In this document: piece by piece, positions 14,660 to 26,204 of the stretch
Numbering within the stretch: position 1 is the first letter of the stretch
How the letters are laid out: each line of letters begins with the position of its first letter
Made by a program: the position numbers and the translations under genes
Origin: the human T2T-CHM13v2.0 reference genome, Homo sapiens
Length of the DNA: 64,000 nt
Strand: one strand, 5' to 3'
NCBI RefSeq assembly: GCF_009914755.1
Contig: NC_060928.1
The notes under the pieces: generated by a model
Database searches by the model: none
Told to the model about the DNA's origin: nothing
Seen by the model: only the letters and a program-made list of their open reading frames with translations

Positions 14660-14990
14660 TCACACCAGATGCCATGTCTCACACCTGCAATCCCAGCTTC
14701 ACACCAGATGCAATGGCTCACCCCTGTAATCCCAGCACTTGGGGAGGCCAAGGCAGGAGGATCACATTCAGCCAGGAGTTTAAGACCAGCCCGGGCAACA
14801 AAGTCAGACCTCATCTCTACAAAAAAATATAATAAAAAGTTAGCCGGGCATGGTAGTACATGCCTGTAGTCCCAGCTACTCAGGAGGCTGAGTTGAGAGG
14901 ATTGTTTGAGCCCAGAAATTCAAGGCCATGGCATGCTATGATTGTGCCACTGCACTCCAGCCTGAGTGACAAAGGGAGACTCTCTTTCTC
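14660..14990 (+). mobile_element. AluJ with duplicated 5' 40 bp
   Basis: cacaccagatgc...tcccagc occurs twice before the Alu body. Confidence 0.75.
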
Positions 14991-15103
14991 TCTCTCTCAC
15001 ATGCTCTCTCTCTCTCTCTCTCTCCATATATATATATATATTCACAATATATTTGCTGTCAAAGGATTATCATCAAAAGTCTATAGAAAATATACTCATC
15101 CTT

Positions 15104-15440
15104 GGGCTGGGCACAGTGGCTCACGTCTGTAATCCTACCACTTTGGAAAGTTGAGGCAGGTGGATCACCTGAGGTCAGGAGTTCAAGACCAGCTTGGCCA
15201 ACATGGCAAACCCCATCTCTACTAAAAATACAAAAATTAGCTGGTGTGGTGGCACGCACCTGTAATCTCAGCTACTCAGGAGGCTGAGGCACAAGAATCG
15301 CTCGAACCCAGGAGGTGGTGTTTGCAGTGAGCACACATTGTGCCACTGCACTCCAGCCTGTGCGACAGAGTGAGGGTCCATGAAAACGCAAAACAAAACA
15401 AAATAAAACCAAACCAAAAAAAAAAAAACAAAAACAAACA
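15104..15440 (+). mobile_element. AluSx-like element
   Basis: Full Alu with A-rich tail. Confidence 0.88.
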
Positions 15441-15444
15441 GGCA

Positions 15445-16060
<616 letters not shown>

Positions 16061-16582
16061 AAATGTTTATACTGGCCATTCTATATGAACTAATATATAT
16101 ATAATTTTTTAATATTTATACGTGGTATATTTTCCCATAATAAAAGATGAAAATTAAAGCAGTTGGATCTTTAAAAAGAAGAGAAAGAAGCGAATAATAC
16201 ACACCAGCTTTCTCCTGATTAGAAGAAGAGCCCCAAAGCTTCTATGGACACTCACTTTTCTCTTCTTCTTCTTGCATTATTATGAGGAAATCCTTAGAGG
16301 CTGGGGAACTTGGGTGACTTTGGCTAATGAGGAGCTCTGTGTCTTGAACCCCCCAGGCCACAGAACAGTAAATACTCAGTCTGTGCTTCCAGCCCTGCAG
16401 TGTGAGGTTCCAGTCCTGTGGGCTCCACACCCGTCACCTGTATCAGGAGGCTCATGTCTCACCCTGTCTTCTTGCCAGCCTTGAGGACGGAGTCTGAGCC
16501 TCCATCGTGCACCATGCAGGGAGGACAGTGGACCTGTTCTCCGTGGTCATGGCCCAGCAGAGGGGAAGGACAGTTCAGTGAG

Positions 16583-17595
16583 TGTAGGCAAAAGAAAGTG
16601 AGATCAGACTCTTACTGTGTCTATGTAGAAAGGAAAGACATAAGAGACTCCATTTTGAAAAAGACCTTTACTTTCAACAATTGCTTTGCTGAGATGTTGT
16701 TAATGTGTAGCTTTGCCCCAGCCACTTTGACCCAACCTGAAGCTCACAAAAATATGTGTCATATGAAATCAAGGTTTAAGGGATCTAGGGCTGTGCAGGA
16801 CGTGCCTTGTTAACAAGATGTTTCCAAGCAGTATACTTGGTAAAAGTCATCGCCATTCTCTAGTCTCAATAAACCAGGGGCACGATACACTGTGGAAAGC
16901 CTCAGGGAATCGTGCCTTGAAAGCGGCCTATTGTCAAAGGTTTCTCCCCATGTGATAGTCTGAAAAGTGGCCTCGTGGGATGAGAAAGACCTGACCGTCT
17001 CCGAGCCTGACACCCGTAAAGGGTCTGTGCTGAGGTGGATTAGTCAAAGAGGAAAGCCTCTTGCAGTTGAGAGAGAGGAAGGCCGCTGTCTCCTGCCTTC
17101 CCCTGGGAACTGAATGTCTCGGTTTAACACCCGATTGTACATTTGTTCAATTCTGAGATGGGGGAAAAACCGCCCTATGGTGGGAGGTGAGACATGTTCG
17201 CAGCAATGCTGCCTTGTTATTCTTTACTCCACTGAGATGTTTGGGTGGAGAGAAACATCAATCTGGCTTACGTATACGTTCAGTCATAGTACCTTCCCTT
17301 GAACTTCATTATGACATAGATTCCATTGCTCACATGTTCCTTGCTGACCTTCTCCTTATTATCACCCTGCCCTCCTACTACATTCCTTTTTGCTAAAATA
17401 ATAAAAATAATAATCAATAAAAACTGAGGGAACTCAGAGGCTGGTGTTGGTGCAGATCCTTGGTATGCTGAGCGCCGGTCCCCTGGGCTCACTTGTTTCT
17501 CTATACTTTGTCTCTGTGTCTTATTTCTTTCCTCAGTCTCTCATCCCACCCAACTAGAAATACCCACAGGTGTGGAGGGGCAGGTCACCCCTTCA
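16583..17595 (+). mobile_element. HERV-K (HML-2) solo LTR, LTR5A/LTR5B type
   Basis: tgtaggcaaaagaaagtgagatcagact...tgtggaggggcaggtcaccccttca, 1013 bp; perfect 6-bp TSD agtgag (16577-16582, 17596-17601). Confidence 0.92.
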
Positions 17596-18529
17596 AGTGA
17601 GTGCTGAGGGACGGTCGAGAGCCTTCTTTTGTTTCCTCCTCCTCAGGACAAACAGGATAGTGCGGTGGGCAGATGGGAGGAGACCAATGTGCAAACTCTC
17701 TGCTCAGCAGTCTGTGGAGTTTCTGTTCTTGATTGTGCTGGGGGTCTCAGAAATCTTCTTCAAAATTTTGCTTCCCTCCCCCACTTGTTGTCCTTTTCAT
17801 AGACATCTCACCCATGATAGCAGGGAATGAGTCCCTCTAAACTATTCCCTCAGAACAACAAAAAGATGATGAAGGTGATGATGAGGATAAAGAGGATGAT
17901 GACAGACACCATGGTATCATGAACACTTAACTGAAAGCTTCCTAAAGGCCAGGCTCTGAGCTCTGTGCTCTATGCAGCTTGTTTCATTTCATCTGTGTAG
18001 TCTCTCAGTTATTAGTGCACATTTCATGATGATTTTACAGACTAGAAAAGGAGCAACACATTTTCATAGAACTTGTACCAGATCATGAAGTCAAAAAGGG
18101 TGAAGCCTAATTTGAACCAGGCAGTCTAAGGCCAGACACATGGCATTTGGCCAGTCCTCTCCCTGCATCCAACCTGCCCCCTCCAATCCTTGTCACTCGG
18201 GCCGATGCCCCTGCTCACTGTGCCCTTCCCTTTGGGGGTTCCTTTTAGACCACAGCTAGACCAGTGGGTGCCACAATCACTGTGTCAACTATGGAAAGGG
18301 CAGTTGAGATCACATCAAAGATTCCGGAAAGAATTGGCACAGGATCATTCGGGATCCATCTGTCCCTTGCCCCTGTTCCTGGCTTTCCTTACAGCTCTCG
18401 ACTTCCTCAAAGGAGTCATCAATTCGGGGTTTGGCTTCCATTCCTATTGAGGAAGCTGGAAAGCGTTTCAAAAATGCTCCTCCGATGTGCCTGTGGTTAA
18501 GACCTCTGAGCTCTGTTGAAAACTTTTGG

Positions 18530-18842
18530 AAGCTGGGAGCGGTGGCTCACACGTGTAATCCCAGCCCTTTGGGAGGCTGAGGCAGGCAAATCACAAGGTC
18601 AGGTGTTCGAGACCAGCCTGGCCAACATGGTGAAACCCCGTCTCTCCTAAAAAGAGAAAAAAATGAGCCTGGCGTAGTGGCGGGCGCCTGTAATCTCAGC
18701 TACTCAGCAGGCTGAGGCAAGAGAACAGCTGGAACCTGGGATGCGGAGGTTGCAGTGAGCCGAGATCACTCCACTGCACTCCAGTCTGGGCAACAGAATG
18801 AGACTCCGTCTGAAAAAAAAACAAATACAAAAACAAAAAAGA
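18530..18842 (+). mobile_element. AluS element
   Basis: Full dimeric Alu. Confidence 0.88.
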
Positions 18843-19404
18843 ACCCACAACATTTTGAGGGTTGGGAGACCATCAAGTATAGTGCCCGGGACTTAGAGTC
18901 TGGTCATTAATTTTCAATACCACCCTTTCTACTTCTCTGTACGGCAAGGGGTGAGACGTCCATCCTCTGAGACTCAGCACTCTGATCTGAGTTGATTTCT
19001 AGTTGATCCAATGGAAGTGAGCGATGATTAAACCGATCGTGGTTGCCCGCTGTGTGATCTCTACGTAATGGATGCATAAAGTAAAGGCAAAGTGAATTTT
19101 AGATATATTCATAAATATTTTAAACTTAAACTCCATACGGTTCAACGGAAATATCCCCTGACCTGAAGTTCTGGTTTCCCTGCATTCCAGACAGGACATT
19201 TTATTTTGTCCTTATCTCAGTAAGTACTGAGTATTGCGAGAGGAACAAGTGAGTCTCTTGTTTCTGATTCCCCAGAGCCTATATCTTGCTTGACACATAG
19301 GAGATAGCAAAAGGAAACATCTATGTGAATTATTGAATTGACACTTCCTTGGTTCACAAAAATTGGCTGTCATCAGTGTGACGTCAGTGTGATAGAGTGT
19401 GTGT

Positions 19405-19705
<301 letters not shown>

Positions 19706-20380
19706 AAACGTTCTGATGAAAACTCTAAGTCCACCGAAGCTAAGGACAGGAGTTATAGCTTCCATGAATTTGGAAACAAGACCCACCGATTTGAGTAAGC
19801 AATTACTCTCTTGAAGGAGAAAAGTCAGAAAACAGAATGATGAAATCACTAGGACCCAACTGGCCTGTGGAACTATTTTCTGCTTATGAACTATCAACTT
19901 TCATTTCATTTCCAGATGGCATGGTCTCAGCAGCTATACAGTGTTTACAGATGTTCTAAATCAAGGGAATTTGTATCAATCTATTCGAATAAAATAAAAC
20001 ATTTGAGTTCTTAATTTCCTTTAATTAGGATAACCTTTTTCTTAAAGTGAAGAGAATGATTTTATTACATAGTTTCCTTTGGTAAAGATAAGCTATATTT
20101 TCTAGCAATTATGAATTTGTTATATATGATGATCTGGTTCTTGGAACATTCTTGAATCTAGTGACTCTGAGGCGGGTGTGTACAACAAGAAGTGAATAAC
20201 ACAGAAATCAATGATGAAAGCATTAGAAGACAATTGAGTTTGTCAGAACTGCAAAATATTGCTGAGTGTGGATTGCTCTGAAATCTGAAAACATGACTTG
20301 TGAATTGCTTCTATCCAAAATGCAGACACGATGCTGGGTGTTGGTTTACCTGTTTCCGATTTCTCAACCCTCTTTTCTAG

Positions 20381-21334
20381 GCAAAAGGTGTCCAATCTCT
20401 ACAGACCCACAGAATCTAATGGATGTCTCTATATTCCTCCTCCTAGAACCACAGAGGATCCAGAACGGCAGCCGGTCCTCACTGGGCTGTTCCTGTCCAT
20501 GTGCCTGGTCACAGTGCTGGGGAAGCTGCTCATCATGTTGGCCTTCAGCCCTGACTCCCACCTCCACACCCACATGTACTTCTTCCTCTCCAACCTGTCC
20601 TTGCCTGACATCGGTTTCACCTCCACCATTGTCCCCAAGATGATTGTGGACATCCAGTCTCACAGCAGAGTGATCTCCTATGCAGGCCGCCTGACTCAGA
20701 TGTCTCTCTTTGCCATTTTTGGAGGCATGGAAGACAGACATGCTCCTGAGTGTGATGGCCTATGACCGGTTTGTAGCCATCTGTCACCCTCTATATCATT
20801 CAGCCATCATGAATCCGTGTTTCTGTGGCTTCCTACTTTTGTTGTCTTTTTTTTTTTTCTCAGTCTTTTAGACACCCAGCTGCACAACTTGATTGCTTTA
20901 CAAATGACCTGCTTCAAGGATGTGGAAATTCCTAATTTCTTCTGTGACCCTTCTCAACTCCCCCATCTTGCATGTTGTGACACCTTCACCAATAACATCA
21001 TCGTGTATTTCCCTGCTGTCATATTTGTTTTCCTTCCCATCTCGGGGACCCTTTTCTCTTTAAAACTGTTTCCTCCATTCTGAGGGTTTCATCATCAGGC
21101 GGGAAGTATAAAACCTTCTCCACCTGTGGGTCTCACCTGTCAGTTATTTGCTGATTTTATGGAACAGGTGTTGGAGGGTACCTCAGTTCAGATGTGTCAT
21201 CTTCCCTGAGAAAGGCTGCAGTGGCCTCAGTGATGTACAAGATGGTCACCCCCATGCTGAACCCCTTCATCTACAGCCTGAGAAACAGGGATATGAAAAG
21301 TGTCCTGCGGCGGCCGCACGGCAGCACGGTCTAA
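20381..21334 (+). pseudogene. Olfactory receptor family 7E pseudogene (probably OR7E35P)
   Basis: OR motifs [26 protein letters not shown] (20755), [10 protein letters not shown] and [14 protein letters not shown] spread over different frames; several frameshifts including a poly-T run; TGA at 21152-21154. Confidence 0.93.
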
Positions 21335-21407
21335 TCTCAATATCTTCTTATCTGTTCCATTCCTTTTGTAGGGTGGGTTAAAAAAGGCAGCAAGGTCAAA
21401 TAAGAAT

Positions 21408-23950
21408 GACATCACAGGGTGAACACCCACTGTGACATTACGAGTAATAGCTCTCTAGGATATAGAATATACTGTCACAGAGTATACACACATGGGGTAC
21501 ACCCACTGTGATATTAGAAGCAATATCTCCCTAAGTATGATGAAAAATATCACAGGGTGTGCACACTGTGTGATATAAGGAGTAATATTTACCCTGGATA
21601 TTATGACTCATATCAAGGGTGTACACACACGGGGTACACGCACTGTGATATCAGGAGTTGTGTCTCCCTAGGATATTATGAATACTATCACAGGATATAC
21701 ATTATGTGTGTACATCCACTGTGATATTTGAAGTCTTGTCTCTCTATGAGATTATAAATAACATCAAAGCGTGTACACCCCTGTGACATATTAGGAGTAA
21801 CATCCCTCTAGGGTATTACAGCTAACGTCACAACGTGTACACCTCCTGTGACGTTTTGTACACTCTTTGTGACATTAAAAGAAACATCCCCCTAGGATAT
21901 TATGAATAATAACACAGGAGGGGTACACACATGGTGTACACCGCCTGTGTCATCAGGAGTAACATTCCCCTAGGATATTACGAATAATACCACAGCAGGT
22001 GTACACACATGGTGTACACCCCATGTGACATTCGGAAGAGCGTGCCCCTAGGATATTAGGAATAGTGTCACAGGCCTTGAATACACATTCTTAATGCATA
22101 ATGTCACCCCCCGTGACATTAAAAATAACATCCCCCTTGGATATTACGAATATGACAAGGAGTACAGCCCGTGTGACATTAAGAGTAACACCCCCTGAGG
22201 ATACAATGAATAATATCAGAGGGTGCACATGCATTGTGACCTTAGTAGTAACATCTCTTTAGGATATTACAAATAGTATCACAGGGTGTACAGGAATTGG
22301 GACATCAGTAGTAACATCCCGCTGGGATATGACGAGTCATATCACAGGGTGTACACCCCCGTGACAATAGTAGCAACATTTCCCTAGAACATTATGAATA
22401 ATATCACAGGAGGTACAGCCCCTGTGATTTACGAGTAACATGTCTATAGAATATTACAACTCATATCACTGTGTGACTCTGTGTACACCCCGTGTGACTT
22501 TAGGAGTAACATCCCACAAAACTATGATGAAAAATATCACAGGGTGAACACCCCCTGTGACCTGAGGAATAGCGTAGTTTTAGGATATTGTGAATGAGGT
22601 GACAAGGTGTACACACCCTGTGACAATAGGAGCAATATCCGTCTAGGATGTTAGGAAGAATATCACACGGAACACACCCCCTGTGACATTAGGATATGAC
22701 AAATAATATCACAAGGTGTACACGCATCGTGACATTAGTGCTAATATCCCTCTGGTACACTGTGAATAATATCACAGGGTGTACATCCCTGTGACATTAG
22801 GAGTAACATCTCCCTAGAATGGTAAGAATAATAAAACAGGTTGTACACCCCCTGTGACATGAGGAGTATCATCTCGCTAGAATATTACGAATAATGTCAC
22901 AGGGTGTTATCGTCTGTTCGAATAGGAGAATAAACCCCTGGGAAATTATGAATACTATCACAGGGTGTACAGCCCTGTGACATTAGGAGTAATATCTTTC
23001 TAGAATATCACAAATAATATCACAATGTGTACACCCCCTGTGTCATTAACAGTAAAATTGCCCTAGGATATTACGAAATAGAACACAGGGAGTACACCCC
23101 GTGTGACATTAGAGGTAACATCCCCCAAGGATATAACGAATAAGATCAGAGAATGTACCTGCATTGGGACATCAGTAGTAACATCTCTTCAGGACAATAC
23201 GAATAATATCAAAGGGTGTCCACGCATTGTGAAATTAGTAGTGAACTCCCGCTAGGATATTAGGAATTTTATCACAGGTTCTACACGCCCTGTGACATTA
23301 GCAGTAACGTTTTCCTAGAAGATTACGAAGAATATTAAAGGGTGTACAGGACCTGTGAATTACAAGCAACACTTCCATAGCATATTGCAAGTAACATCAC
23401 TGTGTGTACACGCCATGTGACATTAGGGGTAACACCCCACAAAATTATAACGAATAATTTCACAAGGTGTACATCCTCTGTGACAATAAAAGTAACATTT
23501 CCCTAGAATATGACGACAATATCACAGAGTGTACACCCTCTGTGATATGAGGAGTGACATCTTATGAGGATAATACGAGTAATTTGACAAGGTGTACAAA
23601 CCCTGTGACATAAGGGGTGACATCCCTCTAGGACATTATGAATAATAACAAAAGGAACTTACCCCGTGTGACAATAAAAGCAACCTTCCCTTAGGAAAAT
23701 GAGAATAACACCACAAGGTGTACACACAATGTGACATTATTATTAAGGTAAAGCTAGGATATTGGGAATAGCAAGACAGTGTGCAGAGTCCTGTGACATC
23801 ACGTTTAACATTCCCTTACAAAATTACGAATAATACTGAAGGGTGAATACCCCCTGCGACTTTAGCAGCCTCATCTTGCTAGAATATGGAAGATAATGTC
23901 ACAGGGTGTGAACCGAGGGTCGCAGTACAGAAAAGATCCTAGGAAAAATC
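21408..23950. repeat. SATR-type satellite, about 63-bp monomer
   Basis: gtacacccc-tgtgacattaggagtaacat-taggatattacgaataatatcacag unit; anchors at 22967, 23029, 23092, 23155, 23218. Confidence 0.9.
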
Positions 23951-24790
23951 GGGGAGGAATATCAACCCCGCTCCACCCCTGGATATTACGATCCACATCG
24001 CAGGGGGGCGGGCGTCCCCCGCGATGCGGGGAGTAATATCACCCTCCACACCCACCCCTGGATATTACCATCCACATCTCAGGGGTGCAGGCGCACCCCT
24101 CGATGCTGGGAATAATATCACCCCCATCTCCCCCCTCTGGATATGAAGACACACATCGCATGGAGGCGGGTGCCCCCGCGATTCGCAGACAAATAGCACC
24201 GACCACTCCCCCGCTGGATATGACGATCCACATCGCAGGGAGGCAGGCGACCCCCCCATGCGAGGAGTAATATCACCCCCCTCTCCACCCCTGGATATGA
24301 TGATCCACATCGAAGAGGGGTAGACGCCACTAGCGACGCGGGGAGACATATCACCCCCCTATCGCCCCCTGGATATGCTGATCCACATCGCAGGGGGGTG
24401 AGGCACCCCCCGCGACGCGGGGAGTAAGAGCCAGCCCCTCTTGCCCCCCGCCCCGGCTCTTAGGACCCTCATCGCAGGGGGGTGAGGCAACCCCGCGATG
24501 CGGGGAGTAAGAGCCAGTCCCTCTTGCCCGCCCCGGCTCTTAGGACCCCCATCGCAGGGGGGTGAGGCACCCCCCGCGACGCGGGGAGTAAGAGCCAGCC
24601 CCTCTTGCCCGCCCCGGCTCTTAGGACCCCCATCGCAGGGGGGTGAGGCACCCCCCGCGACGCGGGGAGTAAGAGCCAGCCCCTCTTGCCCCCCCTGCCT
24701 CTTAGGACCCCCATCGCAGGGGGGTGAGGCACCCCCGCGATGCGGGGAGTAAGAGCCAGCCCCTCTTGTCCCCCTGGCTCTTAGGATCCG
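23951..24790. repeat. SATR-type satellite, CpG-rich 78-84-bp monomers
   Basis: catcgcagggggg anchors at 24386, 24470, 24550, 24631, 24712. Confidence 0.9.
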
Positions 24791-25720
24791 TGGTGGACTC
24801 ACAGCCTGTTTACCATATCATGAGTTATATCATCTCCCGCTCTGGGGATTATGAACTGTTTTACAGACAGGTGTACACCCTCGGTGTAAAGAGGGTGTAC
24901 ACCCGTCTGTATTGGATGTGATATCATCATCTTCCTCCCTGAATATTGAGAACAGTATCACAGAAATGTTTCTAGTTCTGTGATATCACTTGTCATATCC
25001 TCCTCTCCCACGTTGGAATTAAAAACAATATCAGTGGGGGCGTGTCCACCTTCTCTGATATTGAAAGTAATATCCTCCTCTTCCCTCCAGGATCATGGGA
25101 ACGATATCCCTGGGGGGTGTCCACTTTCTGCCATCTATGTGTTCGTATCAATCCCTCCGCCTTGGAATATTATTAAGGACAATTTCACAGGGGGGTGTAC
25201 AGTTCCTGCGATATTGGGAACAATATCAGCCTCTCGGCCTCTGAATATTAGGAAGCATATCACAGGGTGGGTGTACACCTCCTGCTCTATTATGGGGAGT
25301 CATATCTATCTATTATGGGCAGCAATATCATCCTCTCCCTTTCAGGATATTAATAACAATTTCACAGGCTGGGTGAACACAGCCTGTGATGCTGGAATTA
25401 TTATCATCCTCTCCCCCTCGGGATACTAGGAACAATATCACAGAAGAGGTTTACACTCCCTGCGATATTGGGAGTAATATCATACTCTTCTGTGAATATT
25501 AGGAGCAATATCACCAGGTGGCTGTACGTTCGTTGCTATGTTGGCAGTCATTTCATACTCTACCCGCTGGGTATTAGGATTGGTGTCACAGGGTGAGTGT
25601 ACACCTACTGCGATATGAAAACTAATATCGTGCTCTCCATCCCTGGATATTAAGAACAATATCACAGGTAGGTATACACCCCCTGCGGTATTAGCAGTAA
25701 TAATATTATGAATTATTAAA
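24791..25720. repeat. SATR-type satellite, diverged monomers of about 78 bp
   Basis: Recurrent gtgtacac-tgcgatattgggagtaatatcat-ggatattaggaacaatatcacag. Confidence 0.8.
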
Positions 25721-26204
25721 GATCAGTCTTATTAATAATTATGAATGGGAATGTTAATTAATAGTATAACGTTATTAATCATTAATGATTATTTTCAAGG
25801 TATGATTATGCATGATTAAAATTAATTTTTAATACTAATGACACTTTTAATATTAGTTATTAATATTCATATTAATTATTGTTTTATTACCAACATCACT
25901 TATGATTGATTGAAGTAACATTAATTACTGATATCTTTTTTATTATTAATAGTGATATTGCTATTAATTATTAATATTAATATTAATTATTAGGAGCTAA
26001 TATTACTGTTTTCTAATGAATAAGATCAACATCAGTTATTAATATCAGGCATCATTAATCATTAATACTAATCATTTATTGTTATCCTTAGTATAACTAT
26101 TAATATTAATTATCATTATTATCAGTATTGATTTTAAAAATTATATGATCAGTTATTAATATTGATCATTATTAGTGTCAATTAATAATTGAGATTATTA
26201 ATTT
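25721..26204. repeat. Extremely AT-rich (TTA/TAA)-like low-complexity tract
   Basis: About 480 bp of attattaat variants. Confidence 0.9.

Noticed and set aside
20331-20765. 144-aa ORF as a functional olfactory receptor
   Set aside because: Covers only TM1-TM3 before a frameshift; further frameshifts and a stop follow
24359-24802. ORF with 27-aa repeats
   Set aside because: Direct translation of the 81-bp satellite unit
21408-25720. Regularly spaced repeats resembling a CRISPR array
   Set aside because: Whole monomers are homologous with no unique spacers and no cas genes; this is primate satellite DNA
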